DNA of 52,257 bases from Candidatus Kaiserbacteria bacterium (GTDB lineage Bacteria; Patescibacteriota; Minisyncoccia; Phycocordibacterales; UBA2100). A program made the translations under genes and the position numbers. The stretch lies in the NCBI GenBank assembly GCA_028286585.1, contig JAQBRI010000001.1:1-52257 (forward strand), given 5' to 3'. Below the pieces are notes generated by a model. The model did no database searches and was not told the DNA's origin. It saw only the letters and a list, made by a program, of their open reading frames with translations. Positions 21,526 to 29,600 of this stretch are shown piece after piece (position 1 is the stretch's first letter; each line of letters opens with the position of its first letter).

Positions 21526-21584
21526 GGGTGCGCCCATGTTTTACAAACGGTACTCCATTTAGAAAAACAGAAGTACTCCCGGGG

Positions 21585-21657
21585 TGCGCGATACAGGATT
21601 CGAACCTGTGACCTTCCCCACGTCAAGGGGACGCTCTACCAACTGAGCTAACCGCGC
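21585..21657 (-). tRNA. tRNA-Val (anticodon GAC)
   Basis: The minus strand reads GCGCGGT-TA-GCTC-AGTTGGTA-GAGC-G-TCCCC-TTGACGT-GGGGA-AGGTC-ACAGG-TTCGAAT-CCTGT-ATCGCGC-A. This is a full cloverleaf of 73 nt. CCA is not fully encoded. Confidence 0.93.
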
Positions 21658-21736
21658 GATGTGAGGCATACTATCATATTTTTGTGGGGGAGTTAAGATG
21701 TGGCGTAGGTGAAGATCTTTAGGATATACTATATGT

Positions 21737-22615
21737 ATGAACTTGGAATCTGGATTCACCAGTCAGCATAGATCTCCTGAATTAGGTGACACTATGGAAC
21801 ATGAAATCGATACGATTATCGACGATCTCCCTTCAGAAATCGGAAAAAAGTGGTCAAAACGTTTTGAGGATTCGTCGCATGCCGAGCTGCCGCATCTGCT
21901 AAAAGAATTAAAAGTTTTTTCTGAAAAACGCAATCATGCACTTACAGCAATGCCGTCTACATTTGAGGGGAGCAAATACCGGGTACAAGATGCCGAGGCA
22001 ATTAGAGAAACGTTGAACGAGATAGAGGGTCGCGACGACCTATTTATCAATGATGGCAAAACTGCTCATGTGTTTCTTGCAATGAAAGAAAACGAAAAAG
22101 GATTGTGCTACAAACTGGTGCACAATTTTGAAGAATACCAGGCATGGAACTCTATTGGTAAAGAAGCGCGGTTTCTTGAAATCCTTGAGGATTTGAATGT
22201 TGATGGTGCGCGCGTGCCGGTTATATCGCGATTCATCGACTTGCCCGACAACAAGGCAATTGTAATGGAATACATCAATGGGCCGAGTATCGACCAGTAT
22301 GTGCATGGTCATGGACCTGCCGTTGAGGATTTTAACTTGGAAGTCTTTATGAAAAAGCTCGAGGCATACATTACGGCAATGCATGAGCGAAATATTTTTC
22401 ATCGTGATTTGCATGCGGGTAATGTATTGATTGGTGCAGACAGTACACCCTATATTATCGACTTTGGACGGAGCACCATGGCGTTTAATCAAGAGACCGC
22501 CTATGAACATTGGGACACCAGCGGACAAATTCGGATCATTCTCAAATCGGACGATGACTACCTGAGGGACATTAGGTCGAGTCTACAGCAATTTGTGAGT
22601 CAAAAGAGCCAATAG
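21737..22615 (+). CDS. Protein kinase-like fold protein (RIO/Kdo-type minimal kinase)
   Basis: Catalytic loop HRDLHAGNVLI and IIDFG (DFG) motifs, with upstream GKTAHVF...CYKLV resembling a Gly-loop and Lys. Start may be the ATG at 21794. Confidence 0.65.
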   Translation: MNLESGFTSQHRSPELGDTMEHEIDTIIDDLPSEIGKKWSKRFEDSSHAELPHLLKELKVFSEKRNHALTAMPSTFEGSKYRVQDAEAIRETLNEIEGRDDLFINDGKTAHVFLAMKENEKGLCYKLVHNFEEYQAWNSIGKEARFLEILEDLNVDGARVPVISRFIDLPDNKAIVMEYINGPSIDQYVHGHGPAVEDFNLEVFMKKLEAYITAMHERNIFHRDLHAGNVLIGADSTPYIIDFGRSTMAFNQETAYEHWDTSGQIRIILKSDDDYLRDIRSSLQQFVSQKSQ

Positions 22616-22669
22616 CTTGCATTAATTAGGAATCCGTGTTATAACTATGGTAGTAAAAGGAGTATTGTC

Positions 22670-22906
22670 ATGAACATGGTCCAGTTGGGATATGGCCTGC
22701 GAGTCGCTGCCCTCGAGGCGTATGATGCCGGCAAGTCCAGTTTTGTTCACGGTGGAGTCATCTACCTCGTTAGTACGAAGGCGGATGAGTCCGTCGGCGA
22801 CTACTGGGGTTCGCTTGAGTCCAGCAATGGGACCAAGCTCGTGCTCCATGTATATTTACCAAGGGAAGAAGTTCCCGAATCTTCTTCACAAAAGGAGAAT
22901 CACTAA
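22670..22906 (+). CDS. Small hypothetical protein (78 aa)
   Basis: RBS AAAGGAG lies 7 nt upstream of the ATG, and a strong terminator follows immediately. No recognisable motifs. Confidence 0.55.
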   Translation: MNMVQLGYGLRVAALEAYDAGKSSFVHGGVIYLVSTKADESVGDYWGSLESSNGTKLVLHVYLPREEVPESSSQKENH

Positions 22907-22907
22907 T

Positions 22908-22940
22908 GCGTGCCACAACAACTATGTGGCACGCTTTTTT
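22908..22940 (+). terminator. Intrinsic terminator
   Basis: GCGTGCCAC (22908-22916) pairs with GTGGCACGC (22926-22934), followed by TTTTTT. Confidence 0.75.
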
Positions 22941-22960
22941 ATTTGTGCTAGTCTGATTGT

Positions 22961-23734
22961 ATGAACAGTCGTTATGTATATTCAGTCATCGGCATAATCA
23001 TTCTCGCTATTCTTGGGTACGTATTCATAAGTATGCAGCCATCTTCGGTTGATACCACTAATTACCAAGCGACGTCCACATTACCAGCGCAAATGGTAAA
23101 TGTTGCAACATCTACCGACTACACAGTTGTGTCGGGCTCCTATCCACAGTTTGCAGATTTGCCAGCGGATTTTAACAAAAAGATCGTTGACGCAGTACAG
23201 GCAGCTATCGTAGACAATGTGAGTGCATCACAAGAAAATTGGCAGGCACGAGTAGACACAGCAACTCCAAGCGATCCAGTATCAAAAATTCCATCAGCAG
23301 ATGAGCGATTTTCGCTGGACTTCAAGACCGAGATAATTCGCAATGATAGTAATGTTGTAAGTGTGCTACTTACGATTGGGGGATTTAGCGGCGGTGCACA
23401 TGGGTTTGAAAATCTTCTCTCATTTAACTATGATCGCGCACACAAGCACGAAATAACTATTAAAAGTCTCGAGAATAACGATAGTAATTTTCTTAATAAG
23501 CTTTCTACCATTTCTCGCACAATGCTTGCGAAAGACTTGGCACAGCGAGCAAACGTATCTGTAAATGATATTGATCAGGGAATGCTCAACGATGGCACAC
23601 AGCCGAAAGAAGAAAACTTCTCTGTCTTTACACTTCCAAATGATCACCAGGTCACGTTTTATTTTACTCAGTACCAGGTTGCCGCCTATGTGTTTGGCGA
23701 CTCACGGATTACGGTTGATTTGCCGTTAAAGTAA
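22961..23734 (+). CDS. Membrane-anchored DUF3298/DUF4163-like (RsiV/PdaC-type) protein
   Basis: N-terminal TM helix, then YPQF...DFNKKI...GGAHGFENLLSFNYD and QVAAYVFG, resembling the DUF4163+DUF3298 arrangement. Assigned from memory of family motifs. Confidence 0.5.
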   Translation: MNSRYVYSVIGIIILAILGYVFISMQPSSVDTTNYQATSTLPAQMVNVATSTDYTVVSGSYPQFADLPADFNKKIVDAVQAAIVDNVSASQENWQARVDTATPSDPVSKIPSADERFSLDFKTEIIRNDSNVVSVLLTIGGFSGGAHGFENLLSFNYDRAHKHEITIKSLENNDSNFLNKLSTISRTMLAKDLAQRANVSVNDIDQGMLNDGTQPKEENFSVFTLPNDHQVTFYFTQYQVAAYVFGDSRITVDLPLK

Positions 23735-23754
23735 GTGTGCGGGTTAGGGTTTGA

Positions 23755-24333
23755 TTACCTGGATTCTCCTTCAAAATTTGGCACAACAATACCCCAACGC
23801 ATACTTGCTGGGTCGATCTTGAGATATACACTTTTGCCCACCGAGGGTTGTGCCGTCATCGGTTCGCCGGGCGCTCGGTCTGCATAATTAAATACTACGA
23901 CCTGCTTTTGATGCGGGTTGTCACTCAGGTTTGTATTTTGTGGTGCAATCCTGTCGCCAAGAAGATATCCATCTGATCCGATATACCCATGATCAGTATT
24001 AAGAGCAGCAACCGCATAAAAGAAAGTACCCGATCCTCCTCGCTCTTGAGTAAGAATAAACGCTATATCCTCGCGACCGTCTCCGTCGAGATCCGCTTTT
24101 AGTTCATTACCAAAATATCGCGTAATAATAGTTGAGGATGAACTTGCTGAGTTCTGTACCTCGGCCACGCCGTTTTTTAACGTAACATGCTGGCCTTCGA
24201 TTACATAGTCTGCGTTTTTATAATCCGTTGCCACGGCGCTTTGGTCTTCATTTTTTGCACATAATGTAAACATTAAAAACCCAGCCACTAGAATTGCTGC
24301 TATTACAAATGCACCCAAGAAAGTTTTATTCAT
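23755..24333 (-). CDS. Membrane-anchored hypothetical protein with a DLDGDGRED Ca-binding-like loop
   Basis: Signal/anchor MNKTFLGAFVIAAILVAGFLMF. DxDxDG motif. 192-aa intact ORF. Confidence 0.55.
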   Translation of the reverse strand: MNKTFLGAFVIAAILVAGFLMFTLCAKNEDQSAVATDYKNADYVIEGQHVTLKNGVAEVQNSASSSSTIITRYFGNELKADLDGDGREDIAFILTQERGGSGTFFYAVAALNTDHGYIGSDGYLLGDRIAPQNTNLSDNPHQKQVVVFNYADRAPGEPMTAQPSVGKSVYLKIDPASMRWGIVVPNFEGESR

Positions 24334-24465
24334 TGATCAAGTATATCAGGCTGGTGCGGCTTAAACAGAGGAAATATTTTATGCGACGCTCAAATGTGCG
24401 GTAGCTTGTGAGTACACAACTACACTTCTATTTTTCTAGACAGAGTACTGTCTGTAAAATATGGG

Positions 24466-24552
24466 CGGAGAGGGAGGGATTTGAACCCTCGATTCAGTTA
24501 CCCGAATGCCGGTTTTCGAAACCGGTGCCTTCGACCACTCAGCCACCTCTCC
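24466..24552 (-). tRNA. tRNA-Ser (anticodon CGA)
   Basis: The minus strand reads GGAGAGG...CCGGT-TTCGAAA-ACCGG-(long variable arm CATTCGGGTAACTGAATC)-GAGGG-TTCAAAT-CCCTC-CCTCTCC-G. Length 87 nt; a class II tRNA. Confidence 0.92.
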
Positions 24553-24554
24553 AA

Positions 24555-24590
24555 TGACCCGACACGCGATATATTGCGCGTCTCGGGTCA
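24555..24590. repeat. 36-bp imperfect palindrome abutting the tRNA-Ser 5' end
   Basis: TGACCCGACACGCGATAT/ATTGCGCGTCTCGGGTCA. By eye, 15 of 18 arm positions pair. Confidence 0.7.
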
Positions 24591-24751
24591 ACCGTTACTA
24601 AATTGACGCAACGGTGTAAATCAAAAAGATCTATGCCAGCGTCTAAGGTAACACATTTTATTTGATCGCTCCACCATTGTGGTAATGGTAAGTTGTGTTT
24701 GTGTACTAAATATCCTATCCTAAATAGAGGATCTCGATCAGGGAGAACATC

Positions 24752-25366
24752 ATGGATTTGCCCCTCATACCGCCGATTATAGTAAAGACGCTCACAAAGC
24801 CATTCGACGACCCGGAGTGGTCATTTGACCTCAAATACGATGGCTTTCGCGGTGTTGCCTATATTCAGAGTGCTGACGGCAAGATCATTTCGCGGGAAAA
24901 TCACCGGCTTTCGCGTTTTACGCCACTCGAACAAAAGCTTCCCAAGGTTCTCGGAGTCACGGATGCAATCTTTGATGGTGAAGTTGTTGTGTTCGACGAA
25001 TCAAAAAAATCGATCTTCAAGGAAATGCTCCGAACAATCTATGAACCAACGTATGTTGCGTTTGATTTGTTGTGGCTAAATGGCGTCGATCTGCGCGAAC
25101 TTCCGCTTTTGGAACGCCGCCGCAGACTGCACAAATTGCTTGCTAAAAAGGACGAGGCAATTCAGGAGGCTTTCTCGGTACCTGGGCGAGGAATTGCACT
25201 GTTCGATAGCGTTTGCAAATACGATTTCGAAGGCATCGTTGCAAAAAAGCTTTCATCTCCATATCGCAAAAAGGTAGAATGGTTCAAGATCAAAAATCCC
25301 GAGTATTCTCAAATGCCGAATCGCTCCAAGATCTTTAACGCAAATCGCACCCGTTCAAAAAAGTAA
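24752..25366 (+). CDS. ATP-dependent DNA ligase-like nucleotidyltransferase domain protein lacking an OB domain (204 aa)
   Basis: Motif I FDLKYDGFRG (KxDG, Lys28), motif III FDGEVVVF, motif IIIa YVAFDLLWLNG, motif IV EGIVAKK, motif V WFKIKN. The stop falls about 20 aa after motif V. RBS GGGAG upstream. Confidence 0.75.
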   Translation: MDLPLIPPIIVKTLTKPFDDPEWSFDLKYDGFRGVAYIQSADGKIISRENHRLSRFTPLEQKLPKVLGVTDAIFDGEVVVFDESKKSIFKEMLRTIYEPTYVAFDLLWLNGVDLRELPLLERRRRLHKLLAKKDEAIQEAFSVPGRGIALFDSVCKYDFEGIVAKKLSSPYRKKVEWFKIKNPEYSQMPNRSKIFNANRTRSKK

Positions 25367-25390
25367 GGCCGCCCCAGAGGCGGCCTTTTT
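25367..25390 (+). terminator. Intrinsic terminator directly after the ligase-like gene
   Basis: GGCCGCC-CCAGA-GGCGGCC followed by TTTTT. Confidence 0.8.
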
Positions 25391-25487
25391 GTAAGGTACT
25401 TTATTTTATCCTCAAATTGAGGTATAATACCGAAACTTCTACTTCGAATATCACTGAGCTTTCGCATCAGGGATAGAAGTAAAGAAG

Positions 25488-25559
25488 GGCCCCATCGTCT
25501 AACGGTTAGGACGCCGGCTTTTCAAGCCGTTAATCGGAGTTCGATTCTCCGTGGGGTCA
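25488..25559 (+). tRNA. tRNA-Glu (anticodon TTC)
   Basis: GGCCCCA-TC-GTCT-AACGGTTA-GGAC-G-CCGGC-TTTTCAA-GCCGT-TAAT-CGGAG-TTCGATT-CTCCG-TGGGGTC-A. Confidence 0.9.
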
Positions 25560-25617
25560 CAAAGCTAATTGTAATCAAAATGAAGATTATAAAAAATAAC
25601 AATCAAGTATCATCTAT

Positions 25618-26046
25618 ATGCCGAACAGCCAAAACAAAGTTCTTTTATTACAAGACTATATGCTTAAAGAACATGGGTTTGCACTATCTTCTCATCAGGC
25701 AGAATCAATTATAAATTCTCTCGCTCACTCCGCGACAGTTACGGACGTTGAAAATTGGGAAGGTAAAGAATATGTTATACAGGGATTTGGAAACGGCGCT
25801 ACGATTTTAATAAACGGAAAAGATATAACGGGTAATTTGGGCAACATAACATATGGAGACAAAAGCCCAATCATTAATGGAAGCTCAAACAATATTTCCT
25901 ATTCAGAAAGTAGTCAAAATTTACAGGAAAATAATCCTATTTCTGAAAGCGCCTGGTATCAAAGACCAATAGGCATTCTTTTTCTAATGATAGTGGGTGG
26001 CTTAATTATTGCGGCAATTGTCTATCGACTTGGCTGGAATCATTAA
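25618..26046 (+). CDS. Hypothetical tail-anchored protein (142 aa) in a visibly AT-rich segment
   Basis: C-terminal TM helix IGILFLMIVGGLIIAAIVY. Asn/Ser-rich middle region. No known motifs. Confidence 0.5.
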   Translation: MPNSQNKVLLLQDYMLKEHGFALSSHQAESIINSLAHSATVTDVENWEGKEYVIQGFGNGATILINGKDITGNLGNITYGDKSPIINGSSNNISYSESSQNLQENNPISESAWYQRPIGILFLMIVGGLIIAAIVYRLGWNH

Positions 26047-26159
26047 TTTAGCTATGTTCATGAGTGACACCTGGTCCCAACTGCGTGCATTTACGCTACA
26101 CAAATATTCATATTGCGATTGCTTGCGTTGACACCATAAAACTATATAATGCATGCCAT

Positions 26160-26630
26160 ATGGACACCGAATCAACGACATACCTTAGTAAAGAGAAGTT
26201 CGACGAATTGACACAAGAACTCGAACACATGAAAACCTCACGCCGACGTGAGATCGCAGAACAACTCGAATATGCACGCTCATTGGGCGACCTTTCTGAA
26301 AATGCAGAATACGAAGAAGCGCGCAATTTGCAGGCAGCTACAGAAGACAGAATTCGTATTATCGAAGAACAACTTTCTCACGCTCGTATTATCGAGCACG
26401 CAAAGGGAAGTAGTGTTAGTCTTGGCTCCACAGTAACGATACAAAAAGTAGGCGAGAAAGAAGAACATACCTATGAAATCGTCGGATCTGCAGAGGCAAA
26501 CATGCAGGAGCGAAAAATCTCACACCTTTCTCCGATGGGTGCAGCATTGATGGAAAAAAAGAAAGCAGATGTATTTACCTTCGATACTCCAAAGGGTTCA
26601 CAAAAATACAAAATAATCGCAGTCAAATAA
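26160..26630 (+). CDS. greA: Transcription elongation factor GreA
   Basis: YLSKEKFDELTQELEHMK...ARSLGDLSENAEYEEAR...ISHLSPMGAALMEKK. ATG 26160 fits the GreA N-terminus. The GTG at 26064 used by the ORF track would add 32 unrelated residues. Confidence 0.9.
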   Translation: MDTESTTYLSKEKFDELTQELEHMKTSRRREIAEQLEYARSLGDLSENAEYEEARNLQAATEDRIRIIEEQLSHARIIEHAKGSSVSLGSTVTIQKVGEKEEHTYEIVGSAEANMQERKISHLSPMGAALMEKKKADVFTFDTPKGSQKYKIIAVK

Positions 26631-26652
26631 ATAAGAAGTTTGAACTAAAAAA

Positions 26653-26677
26653 CCCGAGGTAAGACCTCGGGTTTTTT
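26653..26677 (+). terminator. Intrinsic terminator after greA
   Basis: CCCGAGG-TAAGA-CCTCGGG followed by TTTTTT. Confidence 0.8.
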
Positions 26678-26752
26678 GTAGTGACTTTTGAATATAAACG
26701 GTGTAAGGTGGGCAAGGAAAACCACATTGTGTGGAAACAAAGGAGATGTTGT

Positions 26753-27682
26753 ATGTCGAAGCGCAACTTTATGGAGCTCATCGAAGCCAAGTGGAACGCA
26801 GGCAAGTTTGTGTGCTTGGGTCTCGACAGCGAACTTAAGCGTGTCCCGCGCGAATATCTCAGGTCCGCCAGATTCTGTCGTGGCGCATATGCGAGCGATG
26901 CGGTTTTGGAGTTCAACAAAATAATCGTCGACATGACGCATAATATTGTGGGCGCGTACAAGCCGAATGCCGCCTATTACGAAACGCTTGGAGACCATGG
27001 AATGGTAATCCTGCGAAAGACGATCGAATACATTAATGAGGTGGCGCCAGACGTACCCGTTATTTACGATGCAAAACGCGCCGACATCGGCAATACAAAC
27101 CGCGGGTATGTCGTTTCTGCATTCGAAAAACTGTGCGCTGATGCTATTACGGTGAATCCATATTTTGGAGGAGAAGAAGCACTGAGCCCATTCTTGGCGA
27201 TGAAAGACAAAGGCATCATCGTGCTTTGTCGCACGTCAAACTCGGGTGCTGGCGAACTGCAAGATCTGCCGATTCTGATCGGCGAACGAGAAGCCCAGAT
27301 GACCAATTTTCGGAAGGGAACTACTGTTCCATTTTATCAATTCGTTGCTGCACGCGTAAGTCGATCTTGGAACAAGAATGGCAACTGTGCGCTCGTCGTG
27401 GGCGCAACTGCACCTCATGAACTCGGTGAAGTTCGCAACATTGTCGGAGAGATGCCAATTTTGGTACCAGGCATTGGTACACAAGGAGGCGACATCGCGG
27501 CGACGCTCACACAGGGACTCGATGCTTGTGGACAGGGATTGATAATCAACTCGTCGAGCGGGCTCATATTCGCGGATAATGGTCCCGACTTTGCCGAGGC
27601 GACCCGGCGTGCCACTTTCAGACTGCATCAACAGATTGGGGATATACGCACAATAGTTCTTGAAGAGCGAGAATCGGTATAA
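26753..27682 (+). CDS. pyrF: Orotidine 5'-phosphate decarboxylase (type 2)
   Basis: VCLGLDSE, AYKPNAAYYE, IYDAKRADIGNT, ITVNPYFG, LCRTSN. RBS AAAGGAG precedes ATG 26753. Confidence 0.85.
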   Translation: MSKRNFMELIEAKWNAGKFVCLGLDSELKRVPREYLRSARFCRGAYASDAVLEFNKIIVDMTHNIVGAYKPNAAYYETLGDHGMVILRKTIEYINEVAPDVPVIYDAKRADIGNTNRGYVVSAFEKLCADAITVNPYFGGEEALSPFLAMKDKGIIVLCRTSNSGAGELQDLPILIGEREAQMTNFRKGTTVPFYQFVAARVSRSWNKNGNCALVVGATAPHELGEVRNIVGEMPILVPGIGTQGGDIAATLTQGLDACGQGLIINSSSGLIFADNGPDFAEATRRATFRLHQQIGDIRTIVLEERESV

Positions 27683-27689
27683 ATCAAAA

Positions 27690-27725
27690 GGCTGCGGAAA
27701 TGATATTTCCGCAGCCGCTTTTTTT
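27690..27725. terminator. Hairpin terminator between convergent pyrF and the PRTase gene
   Basis: GGCTGCGGAAAT (27690-27701) pairs with ATTTCCGCAGCC (27705-27716), then GC and TTTTTTT. Confidence 0.75.
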
Positions 27726-27744
27726 GTCTCACACATGTGAGGTA

Positions 27745-28431
27745 TTAATACTTAGCTGTAAGGAGCTTCCAGTTATTATCGACGCGAGGCCGTAGTGCCG
27801 ATGATCCACCTCTGCACAGTTGACAAGAGAAGGGGTCCCAGGTGGGCATGGCACAATCGACAAGGCTCACAATATTACGGCCACGAATTTCTGAAAGTCC
27901 GTATCGATTGAGCAGCACACAGACCGTATCAACAATGTTGACCTTCAGTGGGCGCAGCGCGTCTTGGATAAGTTCAAAACTTGATCCGGTGGTAAGCGTA
28001 TCATCGCACATCAAAACAGTCTGTCCTCTTTGTGGGATGCGTTCCAGATCATCAAAGACAAACCATTTGTCGTTTCCATCATCATGCTTGGAAGGTGACG
28101 CCCATGAGCAGGCAAACCCGCGCTGATGCGCAATTGTGCTCGATAGAAATTCTGCAAATTTTGTACCGCCCTTTGCGGGACCGACAACGCAATCAACAGA
28201 TGTGAGATTGACACCGGTATGCATTAGAAGTTTTACACTATCTTTCGCCGCCTTTGCCAAAAGTTTTTTATTTTCTACCACTGACCTACTGTCAAAATAA
28301 TGGGCAGTATGCCTTCCAGTGGTAGTTACCGCATGCGGACGCTTTGGATTTAGGTCGCTAACCCAAAGTGCATTACTTTGAGTGAACCTATATACCCAGT
28401 CGGCTCTCAGTGGTTCAACTTTCTCGAGCAT
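27745..28431 (-). CDS. Phosphoribosyltransferase family protein, probably orotate phosphoribosyltransferase-like
   Basis: PRPP-binding loop VLMCDDTLTTGSS and VVGPAKGGTKFAEFL. Convergent neighbour of pyrF. Unusual C-terminal CQLC. Confidence 0.55.
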   Translation of the reverse strand: MLEKVEPLRADWVYRFTQSNALWVSDLNPKRPHAVTTTGRHTAHYFDSRSVVENKKLLAKAAKDSVKLLMHTGVNLTSVDCVVGPAKGGTKFAEFLSSTIAHQRGFACSWASPSKHDDGNDKWFVFDDLERIPQRGQTVLMCDDTLTTGSSFELIQDALRPLKVNIVDTVCVLLNRYGLSEIRGRNIVSLVDCAMPTWDPFSCQLCRGGSSALRPRVDNNWKLLTAKY

Positions 28432-28520
28432 GCCCCAGCCCTTTCAATGATCATGTGTGTTTTTTGTACACAACTTGCTGAAGAATACAGATATTATTAC
28501 CAAAATCAATTGCATATAAA

Positions 28521-29558
28521 ATGAGTTATACTGTAAACATGGTAAAAACACGTATTTTGACACTGTTCGGCTTGGGCGCGGCAATACTTCTCCCGTTTGC
28601 GCTTTTTGCACAAGTTACAAGCACAACAACAGTTGGTACAAGTACTACGCCGGTAGCTACTTCTACTGCCGCTACAAGTACAGGGCTCGCGATGGAAGAT
28701 CGCCCATACCTATTTCTGAGTGGTCCCGAATGTCTGGTTCTTTCACGTAATCTTTCTCTGGGAAAACAAGGCGCCGACGTATATGCGTTGCAGCGTGAAC
28801 TTATGATCACCGGATTTCTCCGCCTAAGTGATATTTCGGGCGTCTATGATGCAACCACGTCTGTCGCGGTTATTCAATTTCAATCCGCGTACAACATTAG
28901 TAATTCACTGTCAGGACTCGTAGGTCCTTTGACACGCGCTTACTTCAAAAATCTCTGCCCAGTTGTTTCTGTGATACAACAAATACAACAAATTGTGCAG
29001 ACACCCGTACCACCGGTAGTAAACAGTGTGACTGTGCCCGCAATAATAACGTCTGCAGCTTCTGCAACTGTTGCTAGTATCGATTCTGCTTTAAAGCTTG
29101 GAAATGTACCCACGCCTGCCGCTACTCCGTATAATCTTGGTACCCTTGCTTCGCAAATCTCAGCCAACATTCCTCTTGGAAGCAGTACACTTGCTGGTCT
29201 CGGATTAAATCTTGGTACGGCAACTTCAACAAAGCCAAATCTCACTGCTTCATCAACTATCGGGTTATTAACTGATATTGCTAATCTGCTCACCTTACAA
29301 AGTACAAATTATTCAAATTATCAGGCGCCACCAATTCCTTTAGGGCAATGTGTCGGTAACAGTAGTCCCGATGTAGCGTTTCTCAATTCAATTTTTAAGA
29401 GTTCGAATTGTATACAGTATTACCAGCCGCAAACACTAAATTACTTTCCAATTACGGTTCCGTTCCTTACTGCGCTAAAACAATTCATAATTACTATAGC
29501 AACATCAACGTCAGCTAACGGAAGCATACAACTGACTCCGCACATCCTCGGTCAATAA
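28521..29558 (+). CDS. Secreted protein with a peptidoglycan-binding (PG_binding_1-like) domain and a Thr/Ser/Ala-rich tail
   Basis: Signal peptide, then LSLGKQGADVYALQRELMITGFL...YDATTSVAVIQFQSAY...GLVGPLTRAY. Confidence 0.65.
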   Translation: MSYTVNMVKTRILTLFGLGAAILLPFALFAQVTSTTTVGTSTTPVATSTAATSTGLAMEDRPYLFLSGPECLVLSRNLSLGKQGADVYALQRELMITGFLRLSDISGVYDATTSVAVIQFQSAYNISNSLSGLVGPLTRAYFKNLCPVVSVIQQIQQIVQTPVPPVVNSVTVPAIITSAASATVASIDSALKLGNVPTPAATPYNLGTLASQISANIPLGSSTLAGLGLNLGTATSTKPNLTASSTIGLLTDIANLLTLQSTNYSNYQAPPIPLGQCVGNSSPDVAFLNSIFKSSNCIQYYQPQTLNYFPITVPFLTALKQFIITIATSTSANGSIQLTPHILGQ

Positions 29559-29584
29559 TCGCGTGCTTATATTGTAGGGATATT

Positions 29585-29593
29585 TGCTATACT
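29585..29593 (+). promoter_or_regulatory. Extended -10 element (TGCTATACT) ending 7 nt before ATG 29601
   Basis: TGnTATACT at 29585-29593. There is no SD sequence between it and the ATG. Confidence 0.3.
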
Positions 29594-29600
29594 CTTGTAC

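Noticed and set aside
22622-22849. 75-aa minus-strand ORF opposite the 78-aa ORF at 22670..22906
   Set aside because: The plus-strand ORF has an AAAGGAG RBS and an immediately following plus-strand terminator. The minus-strand ORF has neither.
26064-26159. N-terminal extensions in the ORF track (greA from GTG 26064, atpB from 40908, mraZ from GTG 32654, msrB from GTG 49425, pyrF from 26681, and 48157 overlapping the upstream gene)
   Set aside because: The extensions add non-homologous residues and lack an RBS. In the atpB and pyrF cases they run through the upstream gene's terminator hairpin. Internal ATGs fit the known family N-termini.
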